The notes beneath the pieces were generated by a model. The model was not told where the DNA came from and did not search any database. It was given only the letters and a program-made list of their open reading frames with translations. Source: Phoronis australis (lineage: Eukaryota; Animalia; Phoronida). Taken from it: DNA of 64,000 nt. Shown one piece after another: positions 25,751-39,343 of this stretch; positions within the stretch are counted from its first letter, which is position 1, and each line of letters begins with the position of its first letter. The stretch spans positions 199,955 to 263,954 of the forward strand of contig NMRA01000509.1 of the NCBI GenBank assembly GCA_002633005.1, read 5' to 3'. The position numbers were made by a program, and so were the translations under genes.

Positions 25751-26391
25751 AATTTAATCCGTCTAGAATGATTCTCTAAGTTTGCACAAAAAACGGTCAT
25801 TGATATTATCTATAAAGTTCGTTGATGGTTCGTCATGAAATTTGGCATATGGGGTTGATTTTTGGATTGATATGACTACTGTGATGCCTCCTAGTGTCAA
25901 ATTGGTGTGTCTGTCTAACAAACTCTTCAGTTGTGGATCTTCATGAAATATGACTTTAATGAAGAGACCATAAGTGTTTTTAATATTCAAATGGATCTGA
26001 CTGCTTAGGAAATGAACACCCCATATCGCTTCACCTTTTGTGGTACATACTGTTCACTATCAGCATTCAGTTCCTGTTATCTTTGGCTTAGAAAAATCGT
26101 CAAAGTGAAACTGTTGTGTCACTTTTTGATGTATGTGTAAAACTGGGTAGCATAGAGCCAGCAGACATAATGACAAGCCAAATTAACAAACCAAATATAG
26201 TAGCTAAATGCCACCTATTGGCCAGCATGATAGTAACATCAGTAGCCAAGCTGAAGTCCATGAGAGACATACGCAACGTTTGCTAACTCAAGCAAATTCC
26301 AATATTCAACTTTAGTTAGTTTTTCTATATTTTGATACATCCCCTTGATGTCTCAAAACTTTCATATGATTCTATAACCTTAACTTTGTAG

Positions 26392-26515
26392 GTGGATTTC
26401 TACTCGTGTGGAAAATCTTTGTGGTGTCGTCACATGTGTTGCTGCACTGCTGTCGCTTCACAATGGGAGGTCATCTGTAGCTCTTGGTGCTTTGGCGATC
26501 ATGTCAGGTTGGAAG
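26392..26515 (+). CDS. ABCC1: ABCC/MRP1-like exon (TM16-17 region)
   Basis: (R)WISTRVENLCGVVTCVAALLSL...GALAIMSGWK. Phase 2 to 0, matching its neighbours. Confidence 0.85.
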
Positions 26516-26904
26516 GTAATTTACTTGGGGCCATTGTGTAACTTGTACTTGAAATCAAATTTAAAATTGGTTTTAACATCCGTTCTGCTTTGTTAACTCA
26601 AGACATGAGTCTATTATTCTGTACTCAGTTGTGGATGACTGCTCTTGATGACCCCAGCATCAAAACTTTTAAATCTTGACTAGTTAACTTGAAATCTCAC
26701 GTTTTTCCTGAAGTTTCAATTCAGATGAGGTAATCAAGTACAAAATATTAGACTCTCATATTGAGTTTACAACGCCGAACTAAATGATAAAAACTGATTT
26801 TGGGTTTTGAGATTGCATCCGAGTTGTAATGACATCATAGAATATTTGTTTTGTGCTTCTCCAGTTTTTATTGGTTTGAGGTTCACCATGAGGACCGATG
26901 ATTC

Positions 26905-27745
26905 ACTGTCCGGTGTGAGACTAATACTGTATCACACTACAGACAACAAGGATATACTGTCCAGTGTTGGACTAATATTGTAGCACACTACAGACTACAA
27001 TGATATACTGTCCAGTCTGGACTAATATTGTATCACACTACAGTTTACGATGTATTGTTCAGTGTGGGATTAATATTGTATCACACTACAGACAACAGTG
27101 ATATACTGTACAGTGTGCGACTAATGTTGTGTCACACTACAGACTGCATTATACTGTCCAGTCTGGACTACTATTGTATCACACTACAGACTACAATGAT
27201 ATGATATACTGTCCAGTGTTGGACTAATATTTTAGCACACTACAGACTGCAATGATATACTGTCCTGTGGGACTAATATTGTATCACACTACAGACAACA
27301 AGGATATACTGTCCAGTGTTGGACTAATATTGTAGCACACTACAGACTGCAATGATATACTGTCCAATGGGACTAATACTGTATCAAACTACAGACAACA
27401 AGGATATACTGTCCAGTGTTGGACTAAAAGTAGCACACTACAGACTACAATGATATACTGTCCAGTCTGGACTAATATTGTATCACACTACAGACTACGA
27501 TATACTGTTCAGTGTGGGACTAATATTGAATCACACTACAGACTGCAATATACTGTCCAGTCTGGACTAATATTGTATCATACTACAGACTACGATATAC
27601 TGTTTAGTGTGGGACTAATATTGTAGCACACTACAGACTACAATGATATACTGTCCAGTCTGGACTAATATTGTATCATACTACAGACTATGATATACTT
27701 TCCAGTGTGGGAATACAACTGTATCACACTACAGACTTCAATGAA
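26905..27745. repeat. ~52-56-bp intronic minisatellite, ~15 copies
   Basis: Unit GGACTAATATTGTATCACACTACAGACTACAATGATATACTGTCCAGTG(T), with variants. Confidence 0.95.
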
Positions 27746-28561
27746 GAGTATTCATCAATTGAAACACCCTTCATTGAAGATGATGACGTTCGTTCTATAA
27801 TAAAACAAAACAAAGAAAAAATATATTACAACTGCGCAAAGTCAATAAGGACCAAAATACATTTCCAAGACTGAATCCTAGGAAACAAACAGAGACACCT
27901 ACCTGAGAAACTGATAACTATAGACACTGCTTGAAAACACCTTCTAAAAACAAAAAATTGCCTAATGTTTTACTGAATGTTCCTAGGAAACTTGTAGTGC
28001 TATGTGACGGCATACTCACTGTCTATTTTATTGTGTATATACCTGAACTGGAAACGTAATCACCCGTCTTTGGATGCCGTTTCAAGTTTTTGTAATTTTA
28101 GTTTACTGATTTTAAAGAAAACAAAGACCCGATTGTAAGCTCTTGTCGCTGCACAACACGGTAAAAGTTATTTTCTTAAAAATTTTAGGTTGCAAACTTT
28201 TGTTAATTAGGCTCGTTTTTTCCGCTGCTTTTAACCACAATCACAATTACCGTAATCAAACCACTCGAGCTATAGATCAACCCTAGGCAGCCGTAAGATT
28301 GAAGCCTATGCGTTTTGGGGTGGTGACACACCACAGCTGTAAAGGGACTCTGGGGTAAAAGTGAAACATTTCCTATAGAAACAGGTGCTAAAGGTGTAAC
28401 AGGAGAATTTTACAAATGAGTTCTTAGTTAAGGTTAGTAGGCAATATTTTGCTGGATGAGTCAAATCATGCTGAATTATGCATTTTATAATACTTCGGTG
28501 GGAATTATAACATTTTCTTGCTGGAATTGTTGCTGTTGATTCTAGAATAATGTTGTTGTAG

Positions 28562-28810
28562 ACTGGAAGGTGTTTCCACTGGTTGATGTTTAACATGTGG
28601 CATTTCAACCTGAGGCTGGTCTCAGTGGAAAGAGTTAAGGAGTACTCTGAGATCAACACTGAAGCGGATTGGTCAGTGGAATCCACCAAACCGCTTGCTG
28701 ATTGGCCAACTGCTGGAGCTATTGACATTGAGAACTTCTCAGTACGTTATAGAGAAGGTCTGAACCTAGTCTTGAAGGAAATGAACTGCCATATCAATCC
28801 AAAGGAAAAG
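28562..28810 (+). CDS. ABCC1: ABCC/MRP1-like exon (TM17 end to NBD2 start)
   Basis: LVSVERVKEYSE...WPTAGAIDIENFSVRYREGLNLVLKEMNCHINPKEK. Confidence 0.93.
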
Positions 28811-28814
28811 GTAA

Positions 28815-29137
28815 AATTTGAATGATGAAAGTCATTGTATGCAGGAGTCTCACAATTAATGACTCATCAATTTGAATGATGAAAGTCATTGTATGCAGGA
28901 GTGTCACAATTAATGACTCATCAATTTGAATGATGAAAGTCATTGTATGCAGGAGTGTCACAATTAATGACTCATCAATTTGAATGATGAAAGTCATTGT
29001 ATGCAGGAGTCTCACAATTAATGACTCATCAATTTGAATGATGAAAGTCATTGTATGCAGGAGTATCACAATTAATGACTCAGAAATTTGAATGATGAAA
29101 GTCATTGTATGCAGGAGTCTCACAATTAATGACTCAT
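28815..29137. repeat. 54-bp minisatellite (~6 copies); second array at 29783-29972
   Basis: Unit AATTTGAATGATGAAAGTCATTGTATGCAGGAGTCTCACAATTAATGACTCATC. Confidence 0.95.
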
Positions 29138-29970
29138 GAATATTTTATGCGCCCATGTGTGGGTGGATATTGTCGTCATCTCTGTCTAGGCATCTGCAAT
29201 CCGCGGCTGTATCTCCTAAACCTCTTTCAGCATTTTATTGAAATTTGGCGGGTGTGTTCCTATGGGGTTGATGACAGAGGACAACGAGTTTCAGACTGAC
29301 TGGAATACTGCTGTGCTCCACTAGTGGCAATTTTAGTTTTTTACGTTTGCCATCTTCAAAGGTCCTCAACCGATTTTCATGAAATTTAGCACATAGGCAC
29401 CTATTAATGAGGTGAAGCTATCCTCCCGTTTTCCTATGGATTAGAGACATTTTGCGCCATCTAGTGGCTATTTTTACTATTTTTAATCTGCTATTTGGCG
29501 TCCACCCCTCTATCAACCAAACCACTCTAAGGATTATTGTGAAAATTGACGTGTGTGTTCTTACTATGAAAAGAACGGTTGACAATGATTTTCCGACGAC
29601 TTCGACTAGTGTGGCGCCTCCTAGTGGCCGTTTTGTCTTTTTGTGCCCATAGGTATATTTCGTAAGCCCTCTACAGGAACTTTGTCAAATTTAGCATGTT
29701 TTTATATGAAGTTGACAACGGAAGATGACAACTTCCAGTCGGATCCAATGCATAATGCGCCCCCTAGTTGCAATTTCNGCACGAGTCTCACAATTAATGA
29801 CTCATCAATTTGAATGATGAAAGTCATTGTATGCAGGAGTCTCACAATTAATGACTCATCAATTTGAATGATGAAAGTCATTGTATGCTGGAGTCTCACA
29901 ATTAATGACTCATCAATTTGAATGATGAAAGTCATTGTATGCAGGAGTCTCACAATTAATGACTCATCAA

Positions 29971-31295
29971 TTTTTTATGCGCCCACATAAATTATGTGGG
30001 TACATATATATATGTGGGTTGATATTGTCGTCATCTCTGTCTAGGCGTCTGCAATCCGCGGCTGTATCTCCTAAACCTCTTTCAGCATCTTATTGAAATT
30101 TGGCAGGTGTGTTCCTATGGGGTTGATGACAGAGGACGACGAGTTTCAGACTGACTGGAATACTGCTGTGCTCCACTAGTGTCAATTTTAGTTTTTTACG
30201 TTTGCCATCTTCAAAGGTCCTCAACCCATTTTCATGAAATTTAGCACATAGGCACCTATTAATGAGGTGACGCTATCCTCCCGTTTTCCTATGGATTAGA
30301 GACATTTTGTGCCATCTAGTGGCTATTTTTACTATTTTTAGTTTGCTATTTGGCGTCCACCCCTCGATCAACCAAACCACTCTAAGGATTATTGTGAAAA
30401 TTGACGTGTATGTTCTTACCATGAAAAGAACGGTTGACAATGATTTTCCGGCGACTTCGACTAGTGTGGCGCCTCCTAGTGGCCGTTTTGTCTTTTTGTG
30501 CCCATAGGTATATTTCGTAAGCCCTCTACAGGAACTTTGTCAAATTTAGCATGTTTTTATATGAAGTTGACAACGGAAGATGACAACTTCCAGTCGGATC
30601 CAATGCATAATGCGCCCCCTAGTTGCAATTTCTTTTATTCTGTTTCTCTGAAGTTCCTTGAAGAATTTTTCATGAAATTTGGTAAATAACTTTGTGTTAA
30701 AAAAAACAATGAAATTTTCCTGTTTTTGGATGGATTCGACATATCTTGTGCCATCTAGTGGCCATTTTTACTGTTTTCTAGTTTGTTTTTGGCATCCCCC
30801 TCTGTCAACCAAACCACTCTTAGGATGATTGTGAAATTTGGCTTATATGTTCTTAGTTTAAAGAGGACGGTTGATGATGATTTTGCAACGACTTCAATTA
30901 CTGTGACGCCTCCTAGTGGCAGTTTTTTTACACCCATGGCTGATCTCCTACACCCTTTACAGGATCTTAAATTAGTAAATTTTACCAAGTGTATTTATAT
31001 GAAGTTGACAACGGAAGATGAATACTTTCAGATGGATCTGACGAACACTGTGCTCCCTGGTGGTAATTTCATTTTTTCCCATTTTCCTCAGTCTGTTTGT
31101 CTGAAGTTTCTTTACAGATTTTCATGAATTGGTGGTAAATAGCTTTCTGTTAAAGAAATGGTGACATTTTCCTGTTTTCAGATGGATTCGAAGTATTTTG
31201 CACCATCTGGTGGCCATTTATATGATACAAATAACCACCCCTAGAAGCACACTGTTTGCGGTGCATTCGTAGGCGCATTTCGTTACTCTTGTTTT
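29971..31295 (+). mobile_element. HINE-like element with internal degenerate tandem units; partial duplicate at 29143-29777
   Basis: TTTTTATGCGCCCACA start, recurring CC(A/T)CTAGTGG / CATGAAATTT motifs and a GTAGGCGCATTTC...CTCTTGTTTT end, like the 24336 element. Confidence 0.7.
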
Positions 31296-32523
31296 AAGTA
31301 CAATGAGGACTACCTTGAATATATTAATGTGAATTGAAGTCTATATAACATTTCAAAGGTATGTACTAGGATGAAAAATGTTGGATACATCCTGTTTCAA
31401 CCACAGATGGCGCACTGTTACAAGTCTGTATGGTGTTGATGCAATGAATGTGTGTTAGTATAACACATGACTTAAGTTGGGAAGATGTTATCAGGAAGTG
31501 TCAAGGGACTAACCTTCAATTTTTAGTTAGTTTCCAACTGTAATCACAAAACTAATTGAGAAAAAAATATTGATACCATTAGAACAATCCTTTGTCCAGA
31601 TCAATCTCTTTGTTTTATGACATGAACAGCATCATTATGCTTTGAAAATGTTGCCTTCCACAGTACAATTGGAAATTCACTCACACAATATACTCTCATA
31701 TATATTGGTGAAGGATAGATGGTGCTGTAGTCAAATACACTCAGTCTGTCTCATGTAGGCTTTGCATGCGCTAGCACGTGGGTAGCAGGTGGTCTGATTT
31801 GAGTCACTTAATCAAATCCTGGCAGTTGAAGTGAAAGCCCAGTGTGGGTTCCTCTGTTACCCAAAGTACCAACAAAAATATGGTTTGCCAGACTCACCAA
31901 TGGTAAAGTGCTGGTACATTGCAGTGGTGATCACTTTAAAATTAATTGTTGACCCAAGCAGTATTGACCAAGGATTGATCAAGAATATATTTCTGTGACT
32001 ATGCTGCAAGTAGAACAATAGGCAAAAAGGCCAACTGCAGTCAGGTTCAAACCTGAGACCTCAGGCAGACAATCCCCGGGCTTGATAAGCACTTACTTTG
32101 TAAGTCAATTAGTATCGTATTATATTCCTATACTGCAGACTCCATGGCAATGCACATGGTTTACCCTGATTCAATCTTTTTGTTCTTTGTCGCTGTCCTT
32201 TCTCTGCACTCCGTTGCCCCTAAAGACGTACTGGTCAACACCATCCCCCACAAACCCTGGTCAATAGGACCCACTAACTTATTCACGACTTCAAGACTGA
32301 ACAACATTAAAGAATAGTTAGTGCAAAATTATGTACTACATTTTTAGACCAGTATGTTTTTTGACTAAACAAGACCTTATGGCTTCCCATCTCTCCACAA
32401 CCATTCACACAAACTCTTAAAACATACCCATTACTCTCATTTTTGGTGAGTGCGGTGCTCCATGTGCATTGGTCAGCTTCCCTCGTTTGGGCATCAAATG
32501 CATTTTATCTTGTTTTTCCTTAG

Positions 32524-32685
<162 letters not shown>

Positions 32686-32966
32686 TAGGAGAGCATCCAA
32701 GTTTGTGTGATTTGGTGACTTGCAACTTTACTGTATTGTAGGAATCTGAATTACCCCCTGGTTTGTCCCTTATTGGACCCCCTGGACAAAATCCTGGGTC
32801 TGCAGCTTTTTACGTGATGAATCTGTAAAATAATAGCATACACTGTCAGTTAGTTTTAAAAGAAATGTGTAATTCTTATTGTCAAAATATGGGCAATGTG
32901 TCTTGGTTATAAACCTTCATCAATTTCATTGAATAAAGCAGGTTGTATAATTGCTTCTCATTCTAG

Positions 32967-33140
<174 letters not shown>

Positions 33141-34448
33141 TGATGTATATCTTTGGCAATAGATGTCACTGTGTGTACCACTAAGGATTCTGGAAAGTTG
33201 ACATTGAGTAATAGCCAATTTTCAAAATAGCCGTGCCACATTGAAATTCACTATCCCACCAAACGGGGATCAGATCTTTGTTGGACAGGTGTTCACCACC
33301 TACAGATCCCATGTAATGCTGATGAGCAAAAATTTGCAACCTAGTGGTATAAAGTGTTTTAGCACATTCCCTGATGTAATGTTGGCAATTTTCCCTTTTG
33401 TGCTGTGGCCCCTTGAATTTTGAGGATGTGGACCTTTTACTAAAAAAAAACAAAAAACAGAATATGGGGTCCGTTCAAGGCTATGAATTGTGCATACGCC
33501 GAATTCCTGTCTTAGTTGACTTTTGTCTCGTTTTTCTCGGACTTTGTGTTTCTTTGAGGCGGACCTTTCTTCCCACTTTTGAGCCCCCTGAGCCAACCCC
33601 CTGGGTGTGCGCATGCATAGCCCACCCATATTAAAAATAAGGTGTAACCATGCAGTAGGCCTGCCTAGACTCTCAGTTACCCACAGGAATGAATTTGAAC
33701 TCCGGACGTTGAAGTCTGAACACTTTTGCGACACACTCTGTATCTTTTCCCCCAGCAACCAGAACCTGGACTAGCGGCTGTGTTACATCAAGGGATTCTA
33801 AAACGGCCACAAAGGCACTCCTACCAGGCACCTCGGGATCTCACCTTTCCAGAAAATTACTTCAAAGAATAGCCATTGATAATAAAATGAAATTTTACCC
33901 GAAATTGGATCATAATAAAACAAACCTTGACCTTCAACCCAGAGCAAAAGAAAAGGTACGAATCCACTGCCGGAATCCAGCTATAATTACTTCAAGCAGC
34001 TCCCAGCTACCCATCAGTGCGCTAGACCTAAACCCATTCTTACACTCCGTGAAACTTAGTTGGTTCACGGTTACTAAAATCCTGACGGCTGCATCCCCGT
34101 AATTACCTCCACCTGTGGCGGACGTGGGGGGGGTTCGGTACAAATTTGGTGACATCCAGAGAACGCGGGGGTGAGTGGGGGGAGGGAGTGGCAATAGCAA
34201 AGGAGTAGGTTAGCGAAGTCAAATTGGTTTGTGCCCCCCAATATTTTTTTCCTTCCTACAGGCCTGGATATACTAAAGGCTTACTGAAAATGGCAAACCT
34301 CTAGAAATTAGATGAAGGACATTATGTCCCATACATTTCCACTGTGAAGAAGAATACGTGGCTGGATGGTTGGTGGCTGCGACTGATAAAGGGAAATAAT
34401 TTTGAACCCAGCCGAAATCAGAAAGCTAAAATGAATTAGTGATCTTAA

Positions 34449-36136
34449 AGGAGAATGCCACCCAATTTAATTAGTCTTTTTTACCATCTTAACCGGTCTA
34501 TATCCACATCGCCTCTTATACGGTCGACCTCACTTTGCCGAGAGATGTCGCGTTAACCTGTGAGGAAGGTGAGAAACGAAGCAGCGACGTCATTGGTTCG
34601 TTTGCACAGTGAATGCCGCTATATTGCGGTGCATCGTTCCCGCTTGTCCGAACTATGAAGCAGCAAAGAAAGCGGGTATATCGTTTTTTCGACTACCTCG
34701 AGAACCCGAAATGCTTAGGAAGTGGCTCGCAGTAGTGAAGAATGAAAGGTACGCTGTCAATAGCAATTAAGTATGATTCCATGAAACATCTCTGTGTCTG
34801 TGGGCGGCATTTTGTGGACAGTGATTTCTCTGAGGAATTACGGCGTACCAAAGAACTATCCATACATTCTGTTGCCTGTGCATGTTCATGGCGCCTCTCT
34901 AGTATTTCTTGATCAGTGCATTCCGGTTCGAACTCACTGATAGCCTGTGAAACCTAACGATCCGACCCGTGAAGTCTTCATCGGATGAGCTCTTGACTAA
35001 GTCGGGATTGTATGGTGCCGGGCGAGTTGCCGACGTTTATTATTCTGTGTTCTGTTTCAAAATGAATTATTCTCATCCTAACCAATGCTGATATGAAACT
35101 GAAACAAAGTGTGTATCATTAGATACAATTTTTAATGCAAATGTTGAGAAGCCAGCAATGAATAAACCACTGCGTTGCCGGCTTTTGATGCCGACAACAA
35201 GGGTAATTGTCTGGGCACCGAGTCCGTGTGAGCACATGCTAATTCAGTGTTTGCTGACAGAAAGCTGTTGTGAAACAATTACTCGATTTTACATGCTATG
35301 GTCACATGTTAGGGGAATCCTTATTTAGAAATGCAAATACATTATTCAAATCATTGTTACTGTACAACCTTTGCCCTGACGATCTGTGGAAGGGGAACCC
35401 GACTTCTCAGGCTCCGACAAGTAAATAGATTTTCAGTTTCGTGGCCAATTCATGTAAATGATTACATGTACATTATTTCTTTGGCTCATTATTATAGTCT
35501 TTTCGTGACTAAAGGTTTAGTTTCCAACTCAAGCTGGTTTATGTTCGTGCCAGTCCCAGCGGCCGCGACGGGCCTGATCGGGTTCCAAGCCACTGGCTAG
35601 GATAACATGTCAGTCTGGCCGCGACGGGCCTGATCGGGTTCCGAGCCACTGGCCGGGATAATTAGCATTTTGTGTGTTTAGAACTTAAAAATCTATAAAC
35701 AACACAGATCTAGGTTCTCCTGTCTGTATTTTACGGAAGAATACTTCGAATTTATCTTCGAACAGACCCCAAACTCCTGCTACGGACCTTGGTAAATTGG
35801 CCTGTAGGCTACAGTGTGTCCAAATACCAATAAATCCGTGACAGCGAAATAAAACAACACGTTTTTATAAGAACTCAGCGTATTTTTAAGGGTTTTACAT
35901 CGAAGTTTGATGATTTATTGGTATTTAACGATGAATCCTAGCGATAAGCTCACACCAGTAACCCGTGTTGTGAACTGCTGAACAGACTTCTTGTGAAGCC
36001 AATGACTTCATTGGATAATTTCAACACCTCCGTCTGCCGTCAGGTGTCGGGTAACGCAACCGAATGTGCCGTTATGGAGTAGAACTACTCGATCTAAATT
36101 GATACAAAATAGGTTGTTTTTGGGTGGCATTCTCCT
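34449..36136 (+). mobile_element. Non-autonomous Kolobok-like THAP-remnant element, copy 1
   Basis: TTAA TSD and TIR AGGAGAATGCCACCCA / TGGGTGGCATTCTCCT. THAP remnant CIVPACPN...GISFFRLPREPEMLRKWLAVVK...VCGRHFVDSDF. Confidence 0.85.
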
Positions 36137-36501
36137 TTAACTTAAACAATGGGAGGGGCTCACAATGCGAGTGCGAGGAACTTACAATGGGATTTATTCC
36201 TGTGTTTTTAAAATTTAACAAACCACTGTTTGTAGCAGTGAATTTCTGTCAACCAAGAAATCGAGCAGAAGTCTTTGGATTTGACAACAGTCTTTATAAG
36301 AATAACGATAATACTTGTGCATAGACTTTTGAATAGTGATGTTGTAAGTTTGCTTTTGCATAATTTGCAGTTAAATTAAATACAGCTTTTGTAGGCTAGG
36401 CTACCACTAAAACACATTCCTCTGATAATTTGTTATTATCTTCAAATATCTGCTGAAATTTATGTTCAAATGAAAAAAATTTGAGTACTATTTTCAGTTA
36501 A

Positions 36502-36813
<312 letters not shown>

Positions 36814-36889
36814 TAAGTGAAGTGTACTTCTGAAAGTTGTGATTCAACTCACACAACATGCAGTACGAACCTATGGTTCTTTGTTGCTG

Positions 36890-37085
36890 GAGGCCAGGTT
36901 CAGTACATTGGCTTGACATGACATGACATGTCATTTATTGCCCTAGGCCAGGCTCAGTACATTGGCTTGACATGACATGACATGTCATTTATTGCCCTAG
37001 GCTAGGCTCAGTCCATTGGCTTGACATGTCATGTCATTTATTGCTCAAGGCCAGGATCTATACATTGGAGTGACATGACATGTCA
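36890..37085. repeat. ~56-bp minisatellite containing (GACAT)n
   Basis: GGCCAGGCTCAGTACATTGGCTTGACATGACATGACATGTCATTTATTGCCCTA repeated 3-4 times. Confidence 0.85.
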
Positions 37086-37561
37086 TTATTTCACCCCACA
37101 TGGCCCGGTCTCCAATGTCCGTACTCAGACTCATACTCATACTCGAGATTTCATACTCAAAATCGTGCTCACTGGAGTCGTACTCAAAAAAGCGTATCTA
37201 ATGTCGTATTTCGAGTAGACTCCAAACGTACTCAAATCTGACGCTCATACTCGAGTTGCTATGGAACTCTTTATGATGTGAAATGCAAAATCACGCAAAG
37301 CCGCGCTGATTCATCGCTCCCTATTGGAATAGACCACCCCAAGAACTAGGCCTACATTATCATCTGCTGTCGCTACAACTACAACAGTATGTTTACAACG
37401 TGGAATTCTGAGTGTTCTGTAACTGTTATTCATTTTTTAGTTTCAATAAATATTCTTATGCCATTTCTTTGATACATTTGNTTCAAACAATAATAAACTG
37501 CTACTTCTTCCCAAACTTACATCTCAGCTGTGTAAGAAACAAGTCAAGATTAGCTCTGAAA

Positions 37562-37768
37562 CTGAGTACTCTATATCGAAAGGTAGAATTGTGTAACTCT
37601 GAGTACTCTAGATCAAAAGGTAGAATTGTGTAACTGTGAGTACTCTATATCAAAAGGTAGAATTGTGTTACTGTGAGTACTCTATATCAAAAGGTAGAAT
37701 TGTGTAACTGTCCGTACTCTATATCAAATGGTAGAATTGTGTAACTGTGATACTCTATATCAAAAGTA
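37562..37768. repeat. ~36-bp minisatellite
   Basis: TGAGTACTCTATATCAAAAGGTAGAATTGTGTAACTG repeated ~5.5 times. Confidence 0.92.
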
Positions 37769-38402
37769 TAAGAATAATTATTGTTTTAAAGGGAAGTCAG
37801 AGTCATTACATCTTTAACTGTCATGAAGTTTCAGGTCAGGTTGTGTTCAACAAACATTTCCAGAGTATGTTGTGTAATGTGGCAATTCTTCACCTGTTTA
37901 GCACCCAATATGGCGGACAAGTTAAATTCTGTTTTTGTAAAATATGAGAAAGAAAGATTGAGAAAACTTTAGTCTGTTACTAGCTTGGTTTGTTCTATTT
38001 ACATGATTGTCATAAAACAACATTTATCAAGTTATCTGCAAGATAATCACTATTTTTGTATTCTCAGTTGATGAAATTTACATAAATCTAATGTGTTCTA
38101 AAAATTCATAAAATTATTTAAATTTGAATGGCAAAACAGTTCCTGAGGACAGTATCACCCAAATGAGAAAATTTTGATTTACATTACACAACTTTCTTTA
38201 AAATCTCACCAATTTTGGGCCAAAATAATCATCAAGATTGGTCATTTTCTCATTTTTTAAAGGCTTTTAATTTTGTTGTGAAACCTGGATAATTTCTCAA
38301 GGTAGCATTTGCTTTGTGCTCATTTTGAACAGAACAAAAATTTCATGTCTGTGGATTAGTAATTGCTTCCTGTTGAGATTGCACCGTATTTGTCTTTTTC
38401 AG

Positions 38403-38517
38403 GGTAATGGTTCTAGACAAGGGCGAGATAAAAGAGTTTGACAGTCCGGAAAACCTTTTGAATGCCCCTGACTCCATTTTCTATGGATTGGCCAAGGATG
38501 CGGGTCTTGTCTCGTAA
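38403..38517 (+). CDS. ABCC1: ABCC/MRP1-like terminal coding exon
   Basis: VMVLDKGEIKEFDSPENLLNAPDSIFYGLAKDAGLVS*, an MRP1-like AKDAGLV C-terminus. Confidence 0.95.
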
Positions 38518-38665
38518 CCATGGAAACTGGTTTAATGTAACTATTCTAGGAGATTACAATGTCCTGGAGACATTTTTTATAATTTGTCAAATCTTTGAAA
38601 TTTTTAAAGCTGCTATAAAACGGTCTTCTATCAAAAACTAACTTTTGGACAAGCTCACTTAAAAA

Positions 38666-38830
38666 TGGTTTGTACTTGCTGCTTAGTGACGGTGGTTTGT
38701 ACTTGTTGCTTAGTGACGGTGGTTTGTACTTGTTGCATAGTGACGGTTGTTTGTACTTGTTGCTTAGTGACGGTGGTTTGTACTTGTTGCTTAGTGACGT
38801 TGGTTTGTACTTGTAACTTTGTGAAGGTGG
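38666..38830. repeat. 27-bp minisatellite in the presumed ABCC 3' UTR
   Basis: GGTTTGTACTTGTTGCTTAGTGACGGT repeated ~6 times. Confidence 0.92.
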
Positions 38831-39231
38831 TTCGTGTTCTTGGAAAGTTGAACTTCATTATCAGTTGAGACCAAACACAAGAGCTTGACTTGTCCTGGCA
38901 AGTCATGTTATGTACTGAGCAAAAGAATAGCAAGTAATAATATTTTGAATAAGGAACAAATTGAGACAACTTATTGCAGTAAATGGTCTAATTCAAAAAC
39001 TTGACTATTTAAAGGAGCATCCGTTGAGTTGCTTTAAGCCTGTAATTTGACCCTTTAAAGGAGTGTCAGTTGAGTTGCTTTAAAGAAAGCCTTGGACATT
39101 TAGTTCAAGATAGGAGAATTAAAGAGTTGTTGTGGTCTATAACACATCTTATATTTGTTCATTGCCCGACCTCTTGCTCATCATTAGCATGATTTTCCTC
39201 TTAGCTCACCCTTAAAATGCAAACTATTGAG

Positions 39232-39343
39232 GGTCAGTTCCTGTTGATCAGTTCCTGTTGGTCAGTTCCTGTTGGTCAGTCCCTGTTGGTCAGTCCTGTA
39301 GGTCAGTTCCTGTTGGTCAGTCCCTGTTGGTCAGGTCCTGTTC
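39232..39343. repeat. 15-bp minisatellite
   Basis: GGTCAGTTCCTGTT-type unit repeated ~8 times. Confidence 0.9.

Noticed and set aside
26905-27745. Regular repeat arrays as CRISPR (also 28815-29137 and 37562-37768)
   Set aside because: They are head-to-tail units with no unique spacers, no cas genes are present, and the context is eukaryotic introns.
28794-29123. Repetitive ORFs (LLHTMTFIIQIDESLIV; TKQQVQTTV and VCTCCLVTV at 38655-38969)
   Set aside because: Translations of minisatellites whose unit length is divisible by 3. The Cys-rich one is not a metallothionein.
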